NCBI GenBank assembly: GCA_041690135.1
Contig: JAWLHY010000003.1
Coordinates: forward strand, 480,001 to 544,000
Direction: 5' to 3'
Source: Armatimonadota bacterium
GTDB taxonomy: Bacteria; Armatimonadota; SYMT01
DNA length: 64,000 nt
Part shown: positions 49,894 to 59,540 of the stretch, in pieces
Position numbering within the stretch: the stretch's first letter is position 1
How the letters are laid out: each line of letters starts with the position of its first letter
Notes under the pieces: model-generated
Databases searched by the model: none
The model's input: only the letters and a program-made list of their open reading frames with translations
Told to the model about the DNA's origin: nothing
Program-made: the position numbers and the translations under genes

Positions 49894-50765
49894 CCGCCCC
49901 TGAACGGGCAGGTTCTCGGAATGCACAGCGCCCGGGCACCCGTCCGGGCGCAACCTTCCGTGGCCGCTCGTTGGGTACGCAGGGCGGCGATTCGAATTTC
50001 GGGATAGGCCGGAGTGCGTAGTTCAGCAAGTAGACCCGATTGAAACCCGGAAGCGTAAGACGTGCCCGCGCAGGTTTACGCCCCGAGGGGGTGCGGGGAC
50101 GGTGCCGTAACAGAGCCCAGGGGTTCAGCCCAGGGCGGGTCCCGGTGCGTGAGTTTACGCCGGGGTATCCGCGAGCGGGTGTGAGGTGCGGTGACGGTAC
50201 CGTACCGGAAGTCCGGGTATTTATCCCGAGGCGAATCCCGGCACGCGACACGCCCCGGCCCTAAACGGCCGGGCTCGGGAAATGCACGGCGCCCACACCC
50301 CCTCGGGGCGTAAACCTCCGTGGGCGCCCGGCACGCCCACGTTGCGACGGCTGGGATTTCAACTGCGCGTTGGCTCGCATCCAGGTCTCACACATTCCAG
50401 CGTGCGTACCACGTGCCCGCGCAGGTTTATGCCCCGAGGGGGTGCGGGGACGGTGCCGTTCCGGAGCGCAGGGGTTCAGCCCTGCGCGGGTCCGGGTGTA
50501 CGGTACGCCCCGGCCCTGAACGGCCGGGCTCTGGAAAAGCACGGCGCCCACACCCCCTCGGGGCGCAAGCCTCCGTGGGCGCCCGGTTGGGGCGCAGGAC
50601 GGCGGATCGGAGCCCAGGACAAGCCAGAGTGCGTGGGTTCAGCAGACGGACCCAGTTGAAACCCGGGAGCGTAGGATGTGCCCGCGGCGGTTTACGCCCC
50701 GAGGGGGTGCGGGGACGGTGCTGTAACAGAGCGCAGGGGTTCAGCCCTGCGCGGGTCCCGGTGCG
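49894..50765. repeat. REP/BIME-like cluster of alternating palindromic units
   Basis: Unit A (~80 bp) at 50251 and 50506, degenerate near 49894; unit B (~85 bp) at about 50063, 50414 and 50679; shared inverted core CACCCCCTCGGGGCGTAAACC / GGTTTACGCCCCGAGGGGGTG. Confidence 0.85.
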
Positions 50766-50876
50766 GTCACAGCTAATCGGTGTGCGAACGGAGTATCCGC
50801 ACTGATCAGCGTCGAAATCACGTGTGTACGCTCGACGTCGATGCGTGAGACTTGCGGCGGAAGGCCCCAAACCCCG

Positions 50877-52568
50877 ATGGATCTGACGGAACTCACCTGG
50901 ACCACCCGCGAAGGGGTGGCGGATCAACTGCTGGCCTTCCTTCAGGGCACGCCGCCCGGCCCAGAGCCGGAACCCGGCCGCGAGTATCAGGAGACACTCC
51001 GCGCGCGGGCGGCGGATCTCCTGTCGATAGTGGCGACCGATTCCCACTGGGACGGCCTGCGCGGTCTCGCCCTGGATCCGGCAGAGGAACCGGAGGTCCG
51101 CCGGCAAGCCATCCAGGCCCTCGGCGACCTCTCCGACGAGCTTTCGGGGGACGACCTGGGGGCACTGCTCGCGGACGAAGCCCTGTGTGAGGATAATGAT
51201 CCGCTGTTTGGCAAGGCGGATCTGCTCCGGCTGGCGCGTGGCGCCGAAACGCAAGTAGTCGCGGCAGAGCACCTCCAGGGCCTCGAACCGGCCGATCGGA
51301 CCAAACTGCTGAACGAACTTCCGCTGGAAGGTATCGGTGAATGGCTGTATCGGCAATGGCTAGAACACGACCGTCATGTCCTCGCAAGCGAGACAGGACC
51401 GGAGTCCCCAAACCGCTGGGTCATCCGGAGGACCCGCGAGCGGCCGGAGTCGCGCCGGCTGCTGCAGGAGTTGTGGCGTCAGGCCACCGGTGCCGAGCGA
51501 GCCGAACTGCTCGACGAGCTCTACGACGAAGACCAGGTGTGGAGCTTTCCGGACTTGCTGACTCCCGCCGAGCGCGAGGAGTTAGTGGAGGCCCTGGCGC
51601 TACCGGCGGAGGAGTTGGCCGCCCATCTCGGCCGCGGTGGTCTAATACAGGCATTGGAACGGATCCTCTTCCGGGAGGACCAGCGGTTGGTAACCGCCCC
51701 GCCGCGCGAGGCGGGAGTCATCTCCACGGAAGCCCTCCACCGGCTCCGGCCGCTCAAGCACTGGCATGAGCCGGAAGTCGACCCGTGGCTGTCCGGTCAT
51801 TTCATGGACGCTCGCCTTCACTCACAACTTCGGTTTTGGCTTTTCGTCTTTCTCTGGTTTCGCAATCGCTCGCTTTCCGCGTCGACTCTGGCCACAGTTC
51901 TCCGGACCCGGGATTATGAGTTAGCGCGAACGTTCCTACCCTGGGTGGCCAGGGACCCCGAGGCTGGAGACGCCGATCTCCTGAGGGAGGCGTTCCGACC
52001 GGAGCATCCCCAGATGCTCCGCTACTACGGACTGTGCGGCCTCGACCGCCTCGGAGAAGACAGCCCGGGCTGGCGGGAAATGCTGGGGGGACTGGCTCGG
52101 GACGAGAGCCTGAAGGTGTGGCTGTCGCGCCGTGCCCTGGGAGCGCTGGCCCGACTTGGCGACGTGGACGCCCGGGACCGTCTGACCCGATTTGCGGTGG
52201 AGGAACCAGACCTTCGCGTCCGCGCCGAAGCGCTGAGGTTACTTGGCGAGGTGGCCCCGGAGACGGCACACCCACTGATGGTGACAGCACTCCAGAACCG
52301 GGGTCCGGAGTACGAGCCGCCCGAGGTCAGGTGGCCATGCACTCCTCTCGCGGAGGAGGCCGCTCTCTTCCTCGCTCACGACCCTTCTCCCACAGTGCGG
52401 ACTCTGCTGCTTCGCGCTTACGTCGAGGCTGGGACCCGCGGGCTCCAGGTTGCCCTGCGTGATTGGATCACCTCGGTGGTATCCCCATCGGGAGAAGAGG
52501 ATATAGAGGAGTGCTATCGGTATGCCGACTGGCGCGGGCTGGGCTCCTGGCACTGGCCCAGGGCCTGA
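50877..52568 (+). CDS. HEAT-repeat / alpha-solenoid hypothetical protein
   Basis: EEPEVRRQAIQALG, LSRRALGALARLG, DLRVRAEALRLLG; start could be 50841. Confidence 0.7.
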   Translation: MDLTELTWTTREGVADQLLAFLQGTPPGPEPEPGREYQETLRARAADLLSIVATDSHWDGLRGLALDPAEEPEVRRQAIQALGDLSDELSGDDLGALLADEALCEDNDPLFGKADLLRLARGAETQVVAAEHLQGLEPADRTKLLNELPLEGIGEWLYRQWLEHDRHVLASETGPESPNRWVIRRTRERPESRRLLQELWRQATGAERAELLDELYDEDQVWSFPDLLTPAEREELVEALALPAEELAAHLGRGGLIQALERILFREDQRLVTAPPREAGVISTEALHRLRPLKHWHEPEVDPWLSGHFMDARLHSQLRFWLFVFLWFRNRSLSASTLATVLRTRDYELARTFLPWVARDPEAGDADLLREAFRPEHPQMLRYYGLCGLDRLGEDSPGWREMLGGLARDESLKVWLSRRALGALARLGDVDARDRLTRFAVEEPDLRVRAEALRLLGEVAPETAHPLMVTALQNRGPEYEPPEVRWPCTPLAEEAALFLAHDPSPTVRTLLLRAYVEAGTRGLQVALRDWITSVVSPSGEEDIEECYRYADWRGLGSWHWPRA

Positions 52569-52851
52569 TCGGGGATGCCACGGTGAGGGGCTGGTGGGCC
52601 ATCTGCCTCACAGGTTCGAGTACGCTTGCGTAAGCGGAGACCCACACGGCAAGACGGGTACGAACCCAGGACCAGGCGGTGACGGAGCAACCCGCCCTAC
52701 ATCTTCATTGTGCAAGGACAGAGGCCAATGGGTGTACCAGGAGCTAGTTCTGTTGCGATGCAGAGCAGGCGCTGGCAATCAAAACTCGCGCAGCAAGCGA
52801 GCCATCAGGCGTTCCGAATCATGCAGGGACGTTGCCCAGCCGTCTCAAGCC

Positions 52852-52930
52852 GATCCTCCTTCCCATCTCGTCCATCCTGTTCCCCATTCCTCTTCTTTGC
52901 GTCCTCTGCGCTCTTCGCGACCTTTGCGTT
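52852..52930. repeat. 9-bp-period repeat tracts
   Basis: ctttgcgtcctctgcgctcttcgcgacctttgcgtt (52895-52930), preceded by ATCC-periodic units. Confidence 0.7.
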
Positions 52931-52954
52931 AGCGCGGCCCGAGTCAGGAATGGA

Positions 52955-53722
52955 TTACCGCCTCCGGAACCCCTCCAGCAGCAGGGCACTAACATGCGCC
53001 GCTACTGCGTCGGCCTCCAGCGGGGCCTCTCCCCCTTCACGGTGGGAGGCGAAGCCGGCATTGAGGGTCAGCATGGAAAGGGCGGCCATGTGGGGGTCCA
53101 ACTCGCGGAACTCGCCGGTGGCGACGGCCTCGCGGAAGAACTCCACCAGCAGCTTCATCACGGGGCGGAAGCGCTCCCGGAGATCCACGTCTTCCAGTTC
53201 CGCCGTCATCTGGCTGCGCTGGACGACCCGCAGCAGGTCGGGGCGCTGCCACAGCAGCTCGACATGGCGCGCTACGAGCACTTTCAGGCGCTCGGCGTAG
53301 GTGCCGGGCGTCGAAAGCGCCTGTTCTACCACGGCCTGGAAGGCGCCCACCCCATCGTCGATCAGTGCCGTATAGACCGCTCGCTTGTCACTGAAGTAGT
53401 AGTAGAGGAGCGCCTTGTTCACCCCGGCGGCGTCGGTGATCTCCTGGACAGAGGTGGCGGCGTAGCCTTTCTCCGCAAAGAGCTTCTCGGCAGCGCGCAG
53501 CAACCGCTCGCGGGATTCGGGGGAGGGGCGGGTTCGGGGGGTCCTGGACAAGGCGGTCTCTCGAGGGGCCGGTTTTCGGGGGCTTGCGGGAAGGCCGAGC
53601 GCGGGACGCCTTTGTCGCCGGCGCCCGTCCTCCACGCTGATGTTCGCCGGGGGCCGGACCGATGCCTCTTCCGTTTCGGAAAGAGGCATCGGTCCGGTGA
53701 TCCGCCGTGGGGAACGGCTCAT
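52955..53722 (-). CDS. TetR/AcrR family transcriptional regulator
   Basis: [43 protein letters not shown]; ATGA overlap with the RND stop. Confidence 0.9.
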   Translation of the reverse strand: MSRSPRRITGPMPLSETEEASVRPPANISVEDGRRRQRRPALGLPASPRKPAPRETALSRTPRTRPSPESRERLLRAAEKLFAEKGYAATSVQEITDAAGVNKALLYYYFSDKRAVYTALIDDGVGAFQAVVEQALSTPGTYAERLKVLVARHVELLWQRPDLLRVVQRSQMTAELEDVDLRERFRPVMKLLVEFFREAVATGEFRELDPHMAALSMLTLNAGFASHREGGEAPLEADAVAAHVSALLLEGFRRR

Positions 53723-56700
53723 ATGCCCTCGCCCTCAGCAGCCCGCCGGGGACCGGACGCCGCCAGGCGGAGCACCCATTCCCGGACCCGCTGCCACGGC
53801 CGGGCCGCGGCGATGTCGTCGAAGAGCGAGTAGGCCACGGGGGTGGCCACCAGGGTCAGCAGCAGCGAGAGCGATTGCCCGCCCATCACGGTCCAGCCGA
53901 TGGTCTGGTTCGTCGCCGCGCCGACCCCCTTCGAGAAGACCAGCGGGACCATCCCCGCCACGAACGCGATCGTCGTCATCAGGATTGGCCGGAGCCGGTC
54001 CTTGTTCGCCTGCATGATCGCCGCGTGCCGTTCCATCCCCTGCTCGCGGAGCTGGTTGGTGTGGTCGATCTGCAGGATGCTGTTCTTCTTCACGATACCG
54101 AACAACACCAGCAGGCCCAGGGCGCTGAAGATGTTCAGCGACTGCCCCGTGAGCACCAGCGAGAGCAGGGCGAACGGGACGGTGAGCGGCAGGGCCAGCA
54201 GGATCGTCACCGGGTGGAGCCAGCTCTCGAACTGGGCCGCCAGGATCAGATACATGAAGACGATCGACAACAGGAATGCGAGCAGGAAATTCAGGGCCGC
54301 GCGCCCCATCTCCTTGCTCTGCCCGGCCGGGGCCGCCGTGTAGCCCGGCTCCAGTTGCAGTTCCTTCAGCGCCGCCTCCAGGTTCGTGATAACGGCAGCC
54401 TGCGACACGCCCGGCGCCACGTTGGCGGTGAGCGTCACCTGCCGCTGCCGGTTCAAGCGGTTGATGGTGGCCGGTCCCGAGCCCTCATCGAAGCGGACAA
54501 CTTCCTCCAACCCGACGCTGCCGGGTGCCCCTTGGGCGTTGGCACTGGGTACGGTAATGCTCTCCATGCCCCGGGTGTCGGAACGGTAGGCCTGCTGCGC
54601 CCGTACCCATACCTCGTACTGCTCCCCCTGCTCTTCGTAGATGGAGACCTGCTCGCCGCCCACCATCAGGCGGAGCGTGGTCGCCACGTCGGAAGGCTGC
54701 ACGCCCAGGTCGGAGGCGCGGTCCCGGTCGATCCGCACCGCCAGCTCCGGCTTGCCGAGCACCAGCGTGCTGTCCGCGTCCACCACGCCGGGGATCGACC
54801 GCAACTTCTCCAGTCCCTGCTGGGCATACTCAGAGAGCCGGTCCATGTCCCGCCCGCTGAGGACGTATTGGATGGTTGCGGCCGAGGCACCCCCACCCGA
54901 GAAGGCGGAGATCGGCTGGACTGCCATCCGCAAGCCCTGACCCGCGAACTGCGGCAGGACGCTCTTCCGGAGGTCGTTCATGATCTCATACTGGGAGCGG
55001 TTCCGCTGGCTCACCTCCACCAACCGCACGTAGACGGCTCCCAGGTTCTGGGTCCGCTGCTCGCTGGCGCCGACGGTCACCACGGTGTACTCCACGTCCT
55101 CACCGGTGCGGATCCGCTCCGCCACCTGGTTCAGAATGCGCTCCGTCGCCTTGAGGCTGGTGCCTTCCGGCGCCCGGACCGTCACCTCGAACTGCGACTC
55201 GTCGTCCTGCGGCAGAAAGTTTTTCGGCACCGCCGCGAAGAGCGGACCGGTGGAGAACAGCGCCACCCCGCACAAAGCCACCACCGCCCAGCGACGCCGC
55301 ATCGACCACCCCAGCAGCCAGAGATAACCCCGCTCGATGGGTGCATAGAACCGATCCACCCACGATTCTGAATGGTGAGCGACCACCCCTTCGGGGTATC
55401 CGGCGGAAGGATGGTCCGGCGAGAGCTCGGACGATTCATCCTTCATCCTTCCGCCTTCATCCTTCCCACGCAGCCAGCGGGCGCAGAGGGACGGCGTCAG
55501 GGTGAAGCTGACCAGCAGCGAAACCAGGATGGCCGCGGCCATGGTGACGCCGAAGGAGCTCATGAAGCGGCCGACGATGCCGCCCATGAACGCGAGCGGC
55601 ATGAACACCGCCACCAGTGAGAGCGTGGTGGCCAGCACCGCCAGCCCGATCTCGCGGGTCCCTTCGATCGCCGCTTCGAATGGCGACAGGCGCCGCTCCA
55701 CCAGCAGGCGGTAGACGTTCTCCAGCACCACGATGGCGTCGTCGATCACGATCCCCACCGCCAGGGTGAGGGCCAGCAGCGTGATGACGTTCAGCGTGAA
55801 GCCGAGATAGCTCATCACCGCGAAGGAGGCGATGATGGAAGTCGGAATGGCGAAGGCCGCGATCAAGGTCGAGCGGAAGTTGCCCAGGAAGAGCAGCACC
55901 ACCAGCGCCGCCAGGATGCCGCCCAGGATCAGGTGCTCCTGCACGGCGTGGGTGGCCGCTTCCACGTAGGTGGCCTGGTTGCGGACCACCTTCATCTCAA
56001 AACCGGCGGGCAGCGCCCCCTCGATCCGGTGCAGGCGCTCTTCGACTTCTTTGACTACCTCGACGGTGTTCGTCCCGCTCTGCTTGCGCAGGTTGAGGAT
56101 CACCGCCGGCTGGCCATTCACATTGGCGGTGCTCTCCGCCTTCTCCGCGCCGTCTTCCACGAACGCCACGTCACTCAGGCGCACGGCGTACCCGTTGCGC
56201 TGCGCCACGATGATGCGGTTGAACTCCTCCACGGTCGGCATGCGGCCGAGGGTCCGCAGCGACAGCTCCCGGTTTCCCTGTTCCACCGCGCCGCCGGGCA
56301 CCTGGATGTTCTGCGCTTGCAGGGCCCGGGTGGCGTCCATCACCGTGAGGTTGTAGGCCCGCAGCTTCTCGGGGTCCAGCCACAGGTTCACCTGGCGTTC
56401 ACGACCGCCGACGACCGCGACCTGCCCAACGCCGCTGACGGACTCGAGCTGGCGGCGGAGGGTCTTGTCCGCGAACTCGGTGATCTCCCGGAGCGAGCGG
56501 GGAGCGGTTACCGCGATCGTGATGACGGGCGCGGCGTCCGGGTCGACCTTCGTCACCGTGGGTGGATCGATCCCGGCAGGCAGCTCCGGCAGCACCAGGT
56601 TCACCTGGTCCCGGACCTCCTGGACCGCCGTGTCCACGTCCTTCTCCAGCCGGAAGGTGATGAAGACCTGCGACACGCCGTCCGACGTGGCCGAACGGAG

Positions 56701-56940
56701 CTCATCAATCCCGCTGACGGTGTTGACGGCCTCCTCGATCTTGTCGGTGACCTCCGTCTCCAACTCGGTGGGAGCGGCGCCCGGTAGGCGCGTAGTAACG
56801 GTCACGGTCGGGAAGTCGATCTTGGGAAAGCGGTCCACCCCCAGGTTGAAGTAGGAGCCCGCGCCCACCACCACCAGCATCAATACGAGCACGCTGGCGA
56901 AGACGGGGCGCCGGACGCACAGTTCGGCTAGTTTTTGCAC
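53719..56940 (-). CDS. RND efflux transporter permease (AcrB/MdtB family)
   Basis: [38 protein letters not shown]; 1073 aa. Confidence 0.95.
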   Translation of the reverse strand: MQKLAELCVRRPVFASVLVLMLVVVGAGSYFNLGVDRFPKIDFPTVTVTTRLPGAAPTELETEVTDKIEEAVNTVSGIDELRSATSDGVSQVFITFRLEKDVDTAVQEVRDQVNLVLPELPAGIDPPTVTKVDPDAAPVITIAVTAPRSLREITEFADKTLRRQLESVSGVGQVAVVGGRERQVNLWLDPEKLRAYNLTVMDATRALQAQNIQVPGGAVEQGNRELSLRTLGRMPTVEEFNRIIVAQRNGYAVRLSDVAFVEDGAEKAESTANVNGQPAVILNLRKQSGTNTVEVVKEVEERLHRIEGALPAGFEMKVVRNQATYVEAATHAVQEHLILGGILAALVVLLFLGNFRSTLIAAFAIPTSIIASFAVMSYLGFTLNVITLLALTLAVGIVIDDAIVVLENVYRLLVERRLSPFEAAIEGTREIGLAVLATTLSLVAVFMPLAFMGGIVGRFMSSFGVTMAAAILVSLLVSFTLTPSLCARWLRGKDEGGRMKDESSELSPDHPSAGYPEGVVAHHSESWVDRFYAPIERGYLWLLGWSMRRRWAVVALCGVALFSTGPLFAAVPKNFLPQDDESQFEVTVRAPEGTSLKATERILNQVAERIRTGEDVEYTVVTVGASEQRTQNLGAVYVRLVEVSQRNRSQYEIMNDLRKSVLPQFAGQGLRMAVQPISAFSGGGASAATIQYVLSGRDMDRLSEYAQQGLEKLRSIPGVVDADSTLVLGKPELAVRIDRDRASDLGVQPSDVATTLRLMVGGEQVSIYEEQGEQYEVWVRAQQAYRSDTRGMESITVPSANAQGAPGSVGLEEVVRFDEGSGPATINRLNRQRQVTLTANVAPGVSQAAVITNLEAALKELQLEPGYTAAPAGQSKEMGRAALNFLLAFLLSIVFMYLILAAQFESWLHPVTILLALPLTVPFALLSLVLTGQSLNIFSALGLLVLFGIVKKNSILQIDHTNQLREQGMERHAAIMQANKDRLRPILMTTIAFVAGMVPLVFSKGVGAATNQTIGWTVMGGQSLSLLLTLVATPVAYSLFDDIAAARPWQRVREWVLRLAASGPRRAAEGEGI

Positions 56941-56942
56941 CG

Positions 56943-58757
56943 TTAGATCTCCCCTGGGGTTCCGGCGGCCCCGGTGGCCTCTTCCGAAGCCAGCCGCACC
57001 CGCTGCCCGTCTTCCAACCCATCGGCGTCCTGCGTAACGACCACCTCACCGACGCGCAGCCCCTCGACGATCTGCACCCGCCCACCGGACTGACTGCCGA
57101 GCCGCACCGGGCGGTGCTGGACCGCTCCGTCCAGGTAGACGTAGACCGAGGTCTGCCCCTGGTCCGACACCACCGCCGTGCGGGGGACCGTGATGACCGG
57201 TGCTCGGGAGCCGCCCTGCAGCGTGGCCCGGGCGAAACCGCCCACCACTCCCGCTCGGGCTGCTCTGGCCACGGAGATGCGAAGGCGCACGGTCCGGGTG
57301 TCACCCTCCGTCACGCGGATCACTTCCCGCAGGGTCCCGGCGAACGTCTTGCCGGGCAGCGCATCGAGCGTCACCGCAGCGGGCGCGCCCTCTCGCAGGA
57401 ACGGCAGCGCCGTCTCGGGGGCAGTCGCTTCGAGGTAGAGGGTGTCGGAAGCGACCAGTGTCATCAGCTCGTTGTTGGCGGCCGAGACCGACTCGCCCAC
57501 GTGCATCCGGCGCTCGGAAACCACACCGTCCACCGGGCTGTAGACCCGCGTCAGCGCGATCTGGGCTTCCACGTGCCGCACGTCGGCCTGCGCCTGGCTC
57601 GAGGCCGCGCGCGCCTGGCCGATGGCGGCGTCCGCCTGGCTCAGCGCCGCCCGCGCCGCCTGGATTTCTTCCTGGCTCATCTGGCGCTGCCCCAGCCCGG
57701 CCCGCGCCGCCTCGAGCGCCGCTTCCGCGCTCCTGACCTGGGCCGCCGCGGTCTCGACGTCGTCGTTGCTGATGGCGCGGCGGGCCTTGTTGGCTTCCGC
57801 ATCGCGCAAGGTGGCTTCGGCCTGGCGGATCGCTTCTTCGCCGATTCTCACTTCTTCGCTGCGTGGACCCTCACGCACCAGGTCGAGGTTCTCGCGGGCC
57901 GCGGCGAGACTGGCGGCGGCGGCTTCGTAGTCCCGCCGGGCGTTTTCCACCTCTTCCGCCGCAATCGCGCCCTCGCGCAGGAGTTGCTCGCGGCGCGACA
58001 ACATGCCCTTCAGCTTCTCCGACTGGGCCTGAGCCTGGGCTACCGCCGCCTGCGCCTGCGCCGTTTCCTGGCGCCGGGCGCCTTCCTGCAGCACCTTCAG
58101 CCGCTCCCGCGCCGACTGCAGCGCCGATCGCGCCGCCGAGACCCGGGTCTCCGCCTGGGTTGCCTCGATGCCGGCCTGGGCCTTCGTCTGCGACAGGCGA
58201 CTCCGGGCCGCGGCCAACTCCTGCTCCGCCTGGCGGAACGTCCCCTCCGCCGCCGCGTCCTTCACCGTCCGCGAGGTCGTGGCCTGCGAGAGGCGCGACT
58301 GCGCAGCCCGGCGGTTCGCTTCCGCCGCACGCACGTTCGCGTCCGCCGCGCGGACCGCCGCCAGCGCTCGCGAACGCTGGGCCTGCAGCTCCGAGTCATC
58401 CAGTTCGACCAGCAACTGGCCGCGGCGTACGCGCTTGCCTTCTTCCACCAGCATCCGCTCGACCCGTCCCACCGCCTTGGTAGAGACCTTCACCACCTCG
58501 TTCGAACGCAGCGATCCGGTCACGCGGATCGACCGGTCCAGCGGACCGGCTGTGACCACCTGCGCCACCACCGCGGGGACCTGTGCCGCTTCCGGCTGCG
58601 AGGGTCCGGGGGCGGCCACGCGCGACTGGGTTTCTCCCGGAGTATTGCGCGCCAGGGCCAGTCCGCCACCGGCCACCGCCGCAGTCAGCAGCAACAGCGA
58701 CTGCCAGCGGACCGAGGATCGCCCGGGCGAACTTATCTTGCTTTGTTCCAGTGCCAC
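56943..58757 (-). CDS. RND periplasmic adaptor (MFP/HlyD) with very long coiled coil
   Basis: Lipoyl halves ([16 protein letters not shown]; VYSPVDGVV) separated by roughly 280 aa of Ala/Gln/Arg-rich helix; GTG start at 58757. Confidence 0.88.
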   Translation of the reverse strand: MALEQSKISSPGRSSVRWQSLLLLTAAVAGGGLALARNTPGETQSRVAAPGPSQPEAAQVPAVVAQVVTAGPLDRSIRVTGSLRSNEVVKVSTKAVGRVERMLVEEGKRVRRGQLLVELDDSELQAQRSRALAAVRAADANVRAAEANRRAAQSRLSQATTSRTVKDAAAEGTFRQAEQELAAARSRLSQTKAQAGIEATQAETRVSAARSALQSARERLKVLQEGARRQETAQAQAAVAQAQAQSEKLKGMLSRREQLLREGAIAAEEVENARRDYEAAAASLAAARENLDLVREGPRSEEVRIGEEAIRQAEATLRDAEANKARRAISNDDVETAAAQVRSAEAALEAARAGLGQRQMSQEEIQAARAALSQADAAIGQARAASSQAQADVRHVEAQIALTRVYSPVDGVVSERRMHVGESVSAANNELMTLVASDTLYLEATAPETALPFLREGAPAAVTLDALPGKTFAGTLREVIRVTEGDTRTVRLRISVARAARAGVVGGFARATLQGGSRAPVITVPRTAVVSDQGQTSVYVYLDGAVQHRPVRLGSQSGGRVQIVEGLRVGEVVVTQDADGLEDGQRVRLASEEATGAAGTPGEI

Positions 58758-58783
58758 TTCTCGCTCCCGCACTTGAAATTCAC

Positions 58784-58827
58784 TAACCAGTTGGTTAAAT
58801 TGTAGCGGCAAGCGTGACCCCTGGCAA
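58784..58827 (-). promoter_or_regulatory. sigma70 promoter and palindromic (TetR-type) operator of the efflux operon
   Basis: Minus strand TTGCCA-17 bp-TACAAT (58827-58799), immediately followed by palindrome TAACCA-gt-TGGTTA (58784-58797). Confidence 0.8.
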
Positions 58828-58883
58828 TCCCCCAACGAGGCTCAATTCGCCCTTCACGGGGTGGGGCACGCTGGAGAGAAACC

Positions 58884-59540
58884 ATGCGAAGCTACATCAG
58901 AAAACTGACCCGAGCGTTCACCTGCAGCTTCGGCATCACGTCCATGGTGCAGGCCGCTGGACCCCCGCGGTATATGCTGGCCGTGCGGCCGGAGATGGCG
59001 GTCCCGGTTGTGGCGGTGGGCGCCTCCGGCATGCTGAATGCCGACCCGCTGCCCCTCCCCGCGCCGGAGCCGGTCCCGCCGCCACGTCTGATCGCCGTCG
59101 ATGACCGGATCGCGATTCGCACGGAACAGCTCCGGCCGGAAGTCAAGCAGCGTCTGGTCCGCGCGGCGGAACGCCTTCCCGAGGGCGTTAGCCTGATCGT
59201 TACTTCCGCTTACCGCACGCGCGAGGAGCAGGCCGCTCTGACCCCGACCTTCGGCGTGAAGGCGCGGCCGGGCACGAGCACCCACGAGGTGGGTCGCGGC
59301 ATCGACCTGAATACCCTGGTGGACGGGGAGCGAATCTCCCCGCGCGAGCAGCACGCGGTGATCGGCGAGGCGCTCTCCGCGGAGGGGTTCCGGTGGCTCG
59401 GCTCCAGCGATCCGGTGCACTACAGCATCCCGGCGTGGGTCCTCAACCGCCGGCCGGAAGAGGACCGCTCGCTGGCACTGCCAACCCTGGACGAGGTGCT
59501 GCCGTCTACGGACGTCGACGGGCCGCTATCAGTAGAGTAG
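58884..59540 (+). CDS. M15 family zinc peptidase (D-Ala-D-Ala carboxypeptidase-like)
   Basis: TSAYRTREEQ, PGTSTHEVGRGIDL, DPVHY; start uncertain. Confidence 0.75.
   Translation: MRSYIRKLTRAFTCSFGITSMVQAAGPPRYMLAVRPEMAVPVVAVGASGMLNADPLPLPAPEPVPPPRLIAVDDRIAIRTEQLRPEVKQRLVRAAERLPEGVSLIVTSAYRTREEQAALTPTFGVKARPGTSTHEVGRGIDLNTLVDGERISPREQHAVIGEALSAEGFRWLGSSDPVHYSIPAWVLNRRPEEDRSLALPTLDEVLPSTDVDGPLSVE

Noticed and set aside
49894-50765. Possible CRISPR array, or the short ORFs predicted here
   Set aside because: Units are ~80 bp, alternate in orientation and have no cas genes nearby; the ORFs are translations of the repeats.
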